In this document: in pieces, positions 1 through 10,116 of the stretch | How positions within the stretch are numbered: position 1 is the first letter of the stretch | How the letters are laid out: each line of letters opens with the position of its first letter | Origin: Octopus sinensis | Taxonomy: Eukaryota | NCBI RefSeq assembly: GCF_006345805.1 | Contig: NW_021832947.1 | Span: 1-29,271 of the forward strand | Length of the DNA stretch: 29,271 nt | Direction of reading: 5' to 3' | Program-made: the position numbers and the translations under genes | Notes under the pieces: generated by a model | Databases searched by the model: none | What the model was told of the DNA's origin: nothing | Seen by the model: the letters and a program-made list of their open reading frames with translations, nothing else

Positions 1-141
1 TTCCCACTAGGCCGCTGGTGGCAAAAAATTCTACAAAATTTTTGCCACCCTATATTGATTTTATAATATATATATATAGATTATACGGAGATGTACTCGC
101 CTAGCAAGTAATTTGATCTGAGATCGTGTGCTGAAACGAAA

Positions 142-423
142 ACAATGGCAGCGTGGAAGGTGTTAATAAGCCATTTAAGAAACACACAAAAGCCGTTCGA
201 TTCACTTCAACATTTAAGTTTAATTTGTCAAAATATTTTCGTCGCTAAAATCCACGACCTGTTCACTGACAAAGTCCGTGCTGCATCACTGACTTTGTCA
301 GTGACAGGTCGCGGATTTTAGCGACGAAATATTTTGACAAATTAAACTTAAATGTCGAAGTGAATCGAACGGCTTTTGTGTGTTTCTTAAATGGCTTATA
401 AACACCTTCCACGCTGCAATTGT
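142..423. repeat. Long imperfect inverted repeat (arms 142-276 and 291-423, 14-nt spacer)
   Basis: acaatggcagcgtggaagg...cactgacaaagtc is mirrored by gactttgtcagtg...ccttccacgctgcaattgt, with only a few substitutions and 1-nt indels. Confidence 0.95.
227..270 (-). ncRNA. Minimal type-I hammerhead-like motif with variant core (G3/C8)
   Basis: The minus strand reads GUCA-GUGAACA-G-GUCGU(GGAUUUUA)GCGAC-GAAA-AUAU-U-U-UGAC: 4-bp stem I, 5-bp stem II and palindromic stem III AAUAUU. The copy at 297-338 (+) lacks one core A and one stem III A. Confidence 0.5.
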
Positions 424-424
424 G

Positions 425-430
425 TATATA

Positions 431-473
<43 letters not shown>
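425..473. repeat. (TA)n microsatellite
   Basis: Direct reading. Confidence 0.95.
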
Positions 474-475
<2 letters not shown>

Positions 476-1173
476 TATGCATTCTAATCTGTATTATATA
501 ATCCATTATATAATTTGTTATGCACACAAAATATTGAACTAAAATTTCAAAAGTAGTTAAACGTTAAAAGTGGAGGACATTTACTAAAAGTAGGAAAGGA
601 TTAGCGGTCCTCTGAAAACCATGACAACATTCTGCTCTGGGCACATGTCCCTCTTCCATCCCTAATACCCACCATAGCAAATGGATAAATATGGATCAAT
701 AATTATTTGACTAATATACAGCTGCTCAGGGCATTGTACCCTTGGATTATTCAGTGCAACTTGTGTTATTTGAATAGAAAGGGAGAGAGTAGTAGGAGAG
801 AGAGGAAGGAAGGGGGAGCTTGTTGTTGGTGTGCTGGCAGGCAGACGGACGGACGGACGGACTGGCTGATGATTTGACTGACAAACAAAAAGGCACACAA
901 GAAAAAAGAAAAAACAAAGCAAAGAAGCCACTCAACAGTTGGTTAGAATAATAGAGAAAGATATTTTAATATCAATTTCAAATAAATAATAATCAATAGA
1001 ATCTAAAGTGATCAGATGCTGGAGTGGGACCTATTCTGAAGCATCGAGAAGAGGAGACAACCATTTCTCTCTGGACAGGAAAGATAACTTTCAGTAGTTC
1101 TGGTTCCAAATTTGAGGCAAACTGCAGCCCATGGAAGTTTCTAAATGGCATGCCTAATGAAAAATTACCTTGA

Positions 1174-1389
1174 ATATATATACATATATATGCATATATA
1201 TATATATATATATATACTATATATGCACATATATATATATACATATATATGCATATATATATATATACATATATATGCATAATATATATAATATATATAT
1301 ATACATATATATGCACATATATATATATACATATATATGCATATATATATATATACATATATATGCATATATATATATACATATATATG
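1174..1389. repeat. Compound TA-rich microsatellite with recurring ATATATGCATATATATATATAC-type units
   Basis: Direct reading. It explains the Y/I-rich ORFs at 993-1440. Confidence 0.9.
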
Positions 1390-3041
1390 CACAGCAATCC
1401 GAGTTAACAGTTCCTTAGTAGATAAGGCAATTAGAAGCATGAAAACAGGGAAGCCCCAGGCCCATCAGAATTACTGCAGAGATGCTCAAAATATCTGGTG
1501 GTGTCGGCTATAGCTTAGTCACCCGTATAGTTAACCAGGTGATACACGAGGGGTCATACCCAATGACTGGTGTAGCAGCATAATAGTCAACTGCTACAAA
1601 GGTAAAGCGACGCCCTAGAGACAAATAACTACAGGGGCATCAAGCTGCTGGATCAGGTAATGAAGGTTACGGAGAGGGTTGTAGCCCAACTAATTAGAGA
1701 GAGAGTTACCTAGATGATGGCAGTTGGGTTCGTGCCAGGGAAAAGTACTACTGATGCTATATTCCGGTAAGGAACAGCTGCAGGAGAAATACCTAGCCAA
1801 AGATAAGCCCTTGTACCTGGCTTTTGTGGACTTGGAGAAAGCCTTTGACAGGGTCCCCCGTCCCTTATCTGGTGGTCAATGAGGAAACTATGATAGAAGA
1901 ATGGTTGGTGAGAGCTGTGCAAGCCATGTACAGAGACGCTGCTAGTAAGGTGAGGTTTGCAACAGTACAGTGAAGAATTCCGGGTAGAGGTTGGGGTCCA
2001 CCAAGGTTCAGTCCTCAGTCCCCTCCTATTTATCATAGTCCTCCAGGCAATAACGGAGGAATTCAAGACAGGTTGCCCCTGGGAGCTCCTCTATGCTGAT
2101 GACCTTGCTCTAATTGCTGAGTCACTATCAGAACTGGAGGAGAAGTTTCAGGTGTGGAAACAAGGATTAGAATCGAAGGGCCTTAGAATCAACCTAGCCA
2201 AAACCAAAGTTCTAATAGTAGGAAGGTAGATCAATCACAAACGCCTTCAGGTAGATGGCCCTGCTCGATCTGTAAAAAAGGTGTGGGTAGAAACTCTATA
2301 AGATGCACCAAGTGTAAGCTATGGACACATAAGAGGTGCAGCAATGTCAAAGGAAGGCTAACTAGGAAAATAGTTTTTGTCTGTGGCAAATGCTCAGGAG
2401 CAATAAACACTGGAAATATGCAGAGACCAACTTCGCCACGTTCCAGGGAGACAAACTAGAAGTAGTTGATAGCTTCCGCTACCTAGGAGACCAAGTCAGT
2501 AGCGGGGGTGGGTGTGCTGAAGTGTAACGCTAGAGTAAGAATAGCCTGGGCAAAGTTTAGAGAGCTCTTACCTACCTGCTGGGACAAATGCCTCTCGCTC
2601 AGAGTAAAAGGCAGACTGTATGATGCATGTGTACGTACAGCCATGCTACATGGTAGTGAAACATGGCCGTGACTGCTGAGGATATGCGTAAGCTCGCAAG
2701 AAATGAAGCCAGTATGCTCCGATGGATGTGTAATGTCAGTTGTTCATAATCGTCAGAGTGTAAGTTCCTTGAGAGAAAAGTTGAACCTAAGAAGCGTCAG
2801 TTGTGGCGTGCAAGAGAGACTGCTGCGCTGGTATGGTCATGTGACAAGAAAGGCTGAAGATAGTTGTGTGCAAAGTGCTACAACACCCTAGCAGTGAGGG
2901 AACCTGTGGAAGAGGTAGACCCAGAAAACCTGGGACGAGGTGGTGAAGCACGACCTTCGAACTTTAGGTCTCACTAAGGAAATGTCTAGAGACCGAGACC
3001 TATGGAAGTATGCTGTGCATGAGAAGACCCGGCAAGACTAG
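1390..3041 (+). pseudogene. RTE ORF2 remnant (reverse transcriptase and C-terminal part), multiply frameshifted
   Basis: Reconstructed across frames as [19 protein letters not shown]...GCPWELLYADDLALIAES...YAVHEKTRQD*. It has many 1-nt deletions and few in-frame stops. Confidence 0.88.
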
Positions 3042-4510
3042 TCAGGCCATAACCCGTGGCCCCGACCGGGGACTTAGTCAGTCCTGTGCATACCTTCCTT
3101 CTTGTGACACTTATGAAGACCTGTTGAGGCAAGTGAAAATCAAATCAATCAAAACAAATCAAAATAGATGAACATCAGTGGAATTGTATTCTTTGTGGTA
3201 CCAGTGCCGGTGGCACACAAGAAAACCACCCAAACGTGGCCGTAACCAGTACCGCATCGACTGGCCTCCGTGCTGTGGGCACAACACCACCATCCGATCG
3301 TGGCCGTTCGCCAGCCTCATCTGGCACCTGTGCCGGTGGCACATAAAGACACCATCCGAAGACCCGGCGACGTAGTCAGTCCACCTGTGCATACCTCCCT
3401 CTTATGACACTTGTGAAGACCTGTTGAGGCAATGTGTGACACTTGTGAAGACCTGTTGAGGCAGAGGCAAGTGTGTGACACTTGTGGAGACCTGTTGAGG
3501 CAAGTGTGTGACCTTGTGAAGACCTGTTGAGGCAAGTGAAAATCAAACCAAATCAAGATAGATGAATATCAATGGAATTTGTATCTTTGTGGTTCCAGTA
3601 CCGGTGGCACACAAGAAAACCATCCGAACGTGGCCGTCGACTGGCCTCCATGCTGTGGCACAACAGACACCATCTGATCGTGGCCGTTCGCCAGCCTCAC
3701 CTGGCACCTGTGTCGGTGGCACAAAAAACAACATCCAAAGAACCCGGCGACGTAGTCAGTCCACCTGTGCATACCTTCCCTCTTATGACACTTGTGAAGA
3801 CCTGTTGAGGCAGAGGCAAGTGTGTGACACTTTGTGAAGACCTTTTGAGGCAGAGGCAAGTGTGTGACACTTGTGGAGACCTGTTGAGGCAAGTGTGTGA
3901 CACCGTGACACTTGTGAAGACCTGTTGAGGCAAGTGAAAATCAAACCAAATCAAAATAGATGAACATCAATGGAATTTGTATCTTTGTGGTTCCAGTACC
4001 GGTGGGCACAAGAAAACCATCCGATCGTGGCCGTTCGCCAGCACAATCTGGCACCTGTGTCGGTGGCACATAAAGACACCATCCGAAGACCCGGCGACGT
4101 AGACAGTCCACCTATGCATACCTTCCTTCTGTGACACTTGTGAAGACCTGTTGAGGCAAGTGAAAATCAAATCAAATCAAATCAAATCAAAACAAATCAA
4201 AATAGATGAACATAAATGGAATTTGTATCTTTGTGGTACCAGTGCCGGTGGCACACAAGAAATCATCCGAACGTGGCCGTAGCCAGTACCGCATAGACTG
4301 GCCTCCGTGCTTTGGGGACGTAACAAACACCATCTGATCGTGGCCGTCCGCCAGCCTCATCTGGCACCTGTGTCGGTGGCACATAAAAACACCATCCGAG
4401 CGTGGCCGTCTGCCAGCCTCGTCTGGCACCTGTGTCGTTGGCACATAAAAACACCATCCGAGCGTGGCCGTTCGCCAGCCTCGTCTGGCACCTGTGTCGG
4501 TGGCACATAA
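3023..4510 (+). repeat. Higher-order tandem array in the RTE 3' UTR
   Basis: Four macro-units start at gaagacccggc (3023, 3358, ~3738, 4085). They contain a ~31-33-bp unit (gtgacacttgtgaagacctgttgaggcaagt), (AAATC)n runs and a ~58-60-bp unit (accatccgatcgtggccgttcgccagcc...ggtggcacataaa). Confidence 0.9.
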
Positions 4511-4685
4511 AATCACCACTACACTCTCGGAGTGGTTGGCGTTAGGAAGGCATCCAGCTGTAGAAACACTGCCAGATCTGACTGGCCTGGTGCAGCCTTC
4601 GGGCTCCCCAGACCCCAGTTGAACCGTCCAACCCATGCTAGCATGGAAAACGGACGCTAAATGATGAGATGATGATGATGATGAT

Positions 4686-4740
4686 ATATGCATATATATA
4701 TAGATACATATATATGCATATATATATATACATATATATG

Positions 4741-4780
<40 letters not shown>

Positions 4781-5090
4781 TATGCATATATATATATATA
4801 TATATATATCATATATATATATAAATATATAACATATATAGCATATATATATATACATATATATATACACATATATATACATACATATATATACATATAT
4901 ATATATATACATATATATACATATTATGCTAATATATATATATAAGAATATATACATACATACATACATACATACAATATATATATACACACATATATAT
5001 GCATACATATACATATATATATACATATAAATACACACACACACACACATATAAATATACATATACAAACATATATATACATACATACAC
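4686..5090. repeat. Compound (TA)/(CA)/(TACA) microsatellite
   Basis: Direct reading. It starts with the same atatatgcatatat motif as the tract 5' of the RTE. Confidence 0.9.
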
Positions 5091-5388
5091 ATGCAGCCCA
5101 CTTCTTGGAAAAAAGTTTGCCCATGTCTGTTCTGGGACACTGCATTCTTCAAAAACGCCATGCTTCCTGAAATTCCTGTTGTGCCTATGCACATTTTGCT
5201 TTTTATGACTCTTTTACAGTTCAATTTCCTTGTGTTTTATTCTCTGTACTGTACATGTCCATCTAGCTTTCATTGCCATCTTTCTTTCTTTGACTTACTG
5301 CTGCTTTTTCTCCTCTCTTTTAACCTTTTACAACAAGTGCACTTGAGTCCTGTATACAACCAGTTCGATATTATTATTAGTAGCTTGT

Positions 5389-5460
5389 AGGTGGCAAGCT
5401 GGCAGCATCATTAGCATGGTGAACAAAAATGCTTAGCAGCATTTCTTCCAGCCTTACGCT
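5389..5460 (+). mobile_element. SINE family A, 5' head fragment
   Basis: ggtggcaagctggcagcatcattagc...atgcttagc matches the reverse complement of the head of the full copy at 8343-8575. Confidence 0.7.
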
Positions 5461-5504
5461 CGCTGCCTTAGACATAATAATAATAATAATAATAGTAATA
5501 ACAA

Positions 5505-5632
5505 TGGTTTCAAATTTTGGCACAAGGCCAGCAAGTTTGGAGGATGGATTAAGTTGATTACATCAACTCGCCAGTATTGACACTGAAAGGATGAGAAGCA
5601 AATTTGATCTTGGCAGAATTTGAACTCAGAAA
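5505..5632 (-). mobile_element. SINE family A, body and 3' fragment (older subtype)
   Basis: Contains gcagaatttgaactcaga (B-box region, reversed) and the ggcacaaggcc tail next to (AAT)n. Confidence 0.75.
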
Positions 5633-5659
5633 GTACAGACACATAGCAATAATTATTAT

Positions 5660-6054
5660 TTCTACTCTAGGCACAAGGCTTTCAAAATTTTGATTGGGAG
5701 GGGCTAGTCAATTGTCGACCCCAGTGTGTAAATGGTACTTATTTCATTGACCTCAAAAAGATGAAAGGCAAAGTCAACCTCAGCAGAATTTAAACTCAGA
5801 ATGTAGAGGTAGATGAAATACTTATTTCTTTACTACCCACAAGGGGCTAAACACAGAGAGGACAAACAAGGACAGACAAACAGGTTAAGTAAATTTTATC
5901 GACCCCATTGCGTAACTGGTACTTAATTTATCGACTCTGAAAGGATGAAAGGCAAAGTTGACCTCGTCGGAATTTGAACTCAGAACATAGCGGCAGACGA
6001 AATACCGCAAAGCATTTCACCTGGCATGCTAATGATTCTGCCAGCTTGGCACCC
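5660..6054 (-). mobile_element. Composite SINE family A: old copy (5660-5821) joined to a younger-subtype copy (5822-6054)
   Basis: 5822-6005 closely matches the young copy at 8343-8525 (cccacaaggggctaaacacagag...). 5660-5821 matches the old subtype at 6094-6260. Confidence 0.8.
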
Positions 6055-6093
6055 TCACACATAGCAATAATAACAATAATAAAAATAATAATC

Positions 6094-6308
6094 TTTTCTA
6101 TTTTAGGCACAAGGCCTGACATTTTTGGAGGGAAGGGGGCCAGTTGATTAGATCAACCCCAATGTTACACTGATACTCTATTTATCGATCCTGTAAAGAT
6201 GAAAGGCAAAGTCAACTTCAGCAGAATTTGAACTCAGAACGTAGAGGCAGATGAAGTACTGCAAAGCATTTCACCTGGTGTACTAATGATTCTGCCAGCT
6301 AGCTGCCC
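6094..6308 (-). mobile_element. SINE family A, full-length older subtype
   Basis: Head gggcagctagctggcagaatcattag, B-box-like gttctgagttcaaattc on the minus strand, and a tail next to (AAT)n. Confidence 0.85.
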
Positions 6309-6319
6309 TCACACATAGC

Positions 6320-6366
<47 letters not shown>

Positions 6367-6379
6367 TAATAATACTATT

Positions 6380-6720
6380 TTACTCTTTTACTTGTTTCAG
6401 TCATTTGACTGTGTCCATGCTGGAGCACTGTCTTTAGTCAAGCAAATTGACCCCAGGACTTATTCTTTGTAAGCCTAGTACTTATTCTATCAGTCTCTTT
6501 TGCTGAACCACTTGGTTATGGGGACGTAAACACACCAGCATCAGTTGTCAAGCGATGTTGGGGGGACAAACACAGACATACAAGCATACACACACAGACA
6601 CACACATATATATATATATACATATATACAATGGGCTTCTTGCCCAAGGTGCCACGCAGTGGGGCTGAACCCGGAACCATGTGGTTGGTAAGCAAGCTAC
6701 TTACCACACAGCCACTCCTA
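6380..6720 (-). mobile_element. SINE family B (tRNA head plus CORE-like CCTTGGGCAAG), internally deleted
   Basis: Head aggagtggctgtgtggtaagtagcttgc...ggttccgggttcagcccc. Relative to 9625-10038, the segment between gggcttct and tgcccaagg is missing. Confidence 0.9.
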
Positions 6721-6724
6721 CACC

Positions 6725-6773
<49 letters not shown>

Positions 6774-6791
6774 TTAATAATGACGATGATC

Positions 6792-7290
6792 TTATTGTAT
6801 ACAGTGCTCAGTTACACAAGAACTAATTGGAAAATGTTAAAAAAGGGAACACAAAGAAGCAATGAGTCAAGTAAAGACAGACAGCAATGGTAGCAAAAAC
6901 TGATGGTTTTGACAATTCTGAACATGAAAGACTGTTCCTGAAAGTCATTGGTGTTGCACTGTTTTTTTTTTTATTATTATTTTATAAGCATGTCTATGAA
7001 TGGGAGAATTATTGAATTCAAAAAGGTGCCCAAAGTTGTCATTGGAAAGTTAATGGATAATTTTGTGGGCTTCTACCAAGTCAGCAGCGAGATGTTGATA
7101 CTTCAGTTGTGTCGGTGCCCAGAGAAGCAAGACATTTAAGACATGGTAAGTTTACCGACAGAAGGTATTCATCTGGTTTATATGTTTCCAGACAGCTTCC
7201 AGTAGATTGATATTCTGGACAAGATGTTGGTTTTAGACTGGAGATGCAAAATGTGTGGACACACCAGAGCCACATATACTACCAAGAAAA
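6792..7290 (-). mobile_element. Old, degraded CR1-like LINE 3' fragment (same family as 24051-24705)
   Basis: The minus strand translates across frames to HLVQNINLLEAV...LASLGTD.LKYQHLAADLVEAHKIIH..., matching YLAQNIDLLESV...LVSLGMDSLKLQRLATDLVNTHKVIN at 24.3-24.5 kb. It has the same terminus, ctgagcactgta(t/c)acaat, followed by (ATT)n. Confidence 0.75.
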
Positions 7291-7407
7291 GACATTTAAG
7301 GAAAAAAAAAAGAAACAAATCTTTTTATTGCTCCTTGAGGCCATTTAGTTGCTAAATCTGAGATGTAATATATTTTTGATTTGTGGAGTACATTGGAATT
7401 GCATCTT

Positions 7408-7713
7408 GATGATAAGGGTTTCAGCTGATCCAATCAACAAAACAGCCTGCTCTTGAAAATAATATGGAAGTGGTTGAGCACTCCACAGACACACATACCC
7501 TTAATGTAGTTCTCAGGGGGATTCAGCATGATACAGAGTGTGACAAGACTGGCCGTTTGAATTACGGGTACGACTCATTTTTGCCAGCCAAGTGGACTAG
7601 AGCAATGTGAAATGAAGTGTCTTGCTCAAGAATACAGTGTGCTGCTGGAAATTGAACTCATGACTTGACAATCATAAACCAAATATCCTAAACATGAAGC
7701 TGTGTACCTTCAC
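7408..7713 (-). mobile_element. SINE family C (tRNA-type head, cttgagcaagacactt core), diverged
   Basis: The minus strand starts gtgaaggtacacagcttcatgtttaggatatttgg...gagttcaatttcc (A/B-box-like), followed by ttcttgagcaagacacttcatttcac. Confidence 0.7.
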
Positions 7714-7959
7714 TGTATCTTAGAAAAGAAGGTGTCACTCCTTGAATCTACAGTCTATAATGTGCAAGAAATTCTGCTCCACTGAATTGTTTCCATGTTG
7801 CTAAAGAAACCAGAGACATTCAGGGGCTAAAGCGAAAAACTGGTAACCAAAGGTGAGAGGGCAATGAGGGTGGGGATGATGCTGAAGGGGCAAAATATAA
7901 AAATATCTGTAACATGTAAAACTAAACAATTGTGACATTACAACCAACAAAAACAGTAT

Positions 7960-8146
7960 CACCAACCACCAACCACCACCACCACCACCACCGTCATGAT
8001 CATGATTAACATTATGAACTGACACCATCAAAGTCATTGTCATCATCATCATCACCACCACTACCACCATTAACATCAATATGATTATCAATATCATGAT
8101 GAAGATCAATAAAACCATTGATACATCATCATAGTGAATACTATCA

Positions 8147-8200
<54 letters not shown>

Positions 8201-8700
8201 TCATCATCATCATCATCAGTACAATATATATCATGACAATGATGACAATCATCATCTCCACCAACACCATCATCATCGTCGTCACCACCACCATTACCAT
8301 CATCATCATCATGACAATGATGACATCATCATCATCACTACCTATTTCCTTACCACCCACAAGGGGCTAAACACAGAGGGGACAAACAAGGACAGACAAA
8401 CGGATTAAGTCGATTACATCGACCCCAGTGCGTAACTGGTACTTAATTTATCGACCCCAAAAGGATAAAAGACAAAGTCGACCTCGGCGAAATTTGAACT
8501 CAGAACGTAACGGTAGACGAAATACCACAAAGCATTTCGCCCAGCGTGCTAACGATTCTACCAGCTCGCTGCCTTATCATCACTACCACCACCACCACAA
8601 CCACCACCACAACCAGCACGATCATCATTATCACCTATCATCACTCCATCATCATCACCACCATGATGCCAAAGTGTCATCACAACATGAAGAGTCCAAT
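7960..8700. repeat. Compound (CAT)/(CAC)/(CGT) triplet-repeat tract interrupted by a SINE
   Basis: Direct reading. It produces the poly-M/T/V/H/R ORFs in the track. Confidence 0.9.
8343..8575 (-). mobile_element. SINE family A, young full-length copy with 12-bp target-site duplication
   Basis: CpG-rich head aaggcagcgagctggtagaatcgttagc. The direct repeat atcatcactacc lies at 8331-8342 and 8576-8587. Confidence 0.92.
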
Positions 8701-8726
8701 GAGTACAAGTACACTGACCTAACAAC

Positions 8727-8764
<38 letters not shown>

Positions 8765-9624
8765 ATCTAATACCACAGAAACACTCTGACTAACCCATTC
8801 TCTAAGACCAACCACTGCCACAAAGAAGTTAAAAATCCATTCGCTTAAATAGGATATGCACAAAAACAACACACAACTACTACACAGAAAAACAAACACA
8901 CACACACCCTCTGCCCTTTCTCTCTCTCTCTCTTTCCCTCCAACTCTACTCCTTGGCCCCAACCAACCATCCACTCCCCTATCATCTCACACCCATACAA
9001 CAGGGGTGGGGGAGAAACTATCTAAATCGATATTGCTGCTTTACCATAGCAACTAAAAAAAATATAAAGAAGAAAACTCGTCTCAGGTAATGTTGGACTA
9101 AGTATTTAACAAATTGCTGCCGTTTCTATGGTTACAGATACTTTTTTCCTTTCCCCTCTCCCTACCCTGCAGCACCATCTTCTCCTATCAGCTTCTTCAC
9201 CAACCTCGCTGCCACCACCTTCTGTTGCCAGTTTCATTTTGCCTCTAAGTGTCCCTGGTTTGTTTTAAAGGCAGAAAGACATATTCACCAAAGCAGAATT
9301 TGGGGGTTTTTTTGGGTTTTTTTTACAAGTCAACAATTAGGGAGTTAGTAGTGAACATGACATTTGATGGAGAACTGCTTCACCAGAGACATACCTGATA
9401 TTAAATATATATAATTAATAAAAATAGTCATAAAAAAAGGGAGAAAGAATGACAAGGAAAAAACAACAATGCAAGGGGAAGTGGAACATGCGAAGTATTA
9501 AGAAGACACTCATATATATACACATATATACATACACACACACATCTACATATATATATACACATACACACACACACTCATATATGTATATATATATAAA
9601 AATATATACATACTCTCTCTCTTT

Positions 9625-10038
9625 TCTCTTTTACTCTTTTACTTGTTTCAGTCATTTGACTGCGGCCATGCTGGAGCACCGCCTTTAGTCGAGCAAATCG
9701 ACCACGGGACTTATTCTTTGTAAGCCCAGTACTTATTCTATCGGTCTCTTTTGCCGAACCGCTAAGTGACGGGGACGTAAACACACCAGCATCGGTTGTC
9801 AAGCAATGCTAGGGGGACAAACACAGACACACAAACATATACACACACACTTATATATATATATACATATATACGACAGGCTTCTTTCAGTTTCCGTCTA
9901 CCAAATCTACTCACAAGGCATTGGTAGGCCCGGGGCTATAGCAGAAGACACTTGCCCAAGATGCGACACAGTGGGACTGAACCCAGAACCATGTGGTTGG
10001 TTAGCAAGCTACTTACCACACAGCCACTCCTGCGCCTA
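9625..10038 (-). mobile_element. SINE family B, full length
   Basis: Head taggcgcaggagtggctgtgtggtaag, a central (CA/TA) run, and tail ggcggtgctccagcatggccgcagtcaaatgactgaaacaagtaaaag. Confidence 0.93.
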
Positions 10039-10064
10039 CATGTGTTTATCTATCTATCTATCTA

Positions 10065-10114
<50 letters not shown>

Positions 10115-10116
10115 TA

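Larger units (their letters stand above)
80..423 (-). mobile_element. Penelope-like element terminal-repeat (pLTR) fragment with an inverted duplicate; non-coding
   Basis: Segment 80-290 plus an inverted copy of 142-276 at 291-423. It carries a hammerhead-like motif and is flanked by TA-rich tracts on both sides. Inverted pLTRs with HHR motifs are an established PLE hallmark. The family assignment is inferred. Confidence 0.6.
1390..4685 (+). mobile_element. RTE-clade LINE, 5'-truncated, with long repetitive 3' UTR and (GAT)n tail
   Basis: RT motifs NYRGIKLLDQ, FVDLEKAFDRVP, GVHQGSVLSPLLF and LLYADD (2092-2103), then RWYGHV and a stop at 3039-3041. The 3' end reads ccaacccatgctagcatggaaaacggacgctaaa(tga)n. 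Confidence 0.92.

Noticed and set aside
993-1170. Unique segment with open frames on both strands (also 5091-5390, 25120-25500, 28020-28560)
   Set aside because: I could not recognise a domain or credible exon boundaries. These may be old TE debris, and a translated search is needed.
3023-4510. Regular ~31-bp repeats suggestive of a CRISPR array
   Set aside because: The units are contiguous with no unique spacers, lie in a LINE 3' UTR, and the DNA is eukaryotic with no cas genes.
4187-5224. 345-aa ORF and the many Y/I/C/V-rich ORFs (also 993-1440 and 20847-22638)
   Set aside because: They are translations of (TA)/(CA) microsatellites and antisense LINE UTR repeats.
6990-7151. Strong donor-like ATG|GTAAGT at ~7145 with an upstream ORF
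   Set aside because: The region is the antisense of a degraded CR1 ORF2, so the signal is probably coincidental.
7129-7300. 12-bp direct repeat aagacatttaag at 7129 and 7289 as a possible TSD
   Set aside because: CR1 homology runs straight through the first copy, so it does not bound an insertion.
7801-8974. Poly-His/Met/Thr/Arg ORFs (also 22700-23673)
   Set aside because: They are translations of triplet-repeat tracts, with no splice or domain support.
9173-9400. Acceptor-like tracts and short open frames on both strands
   Set aside because: No consistent acceptor/donor pair and no recognisable protein.
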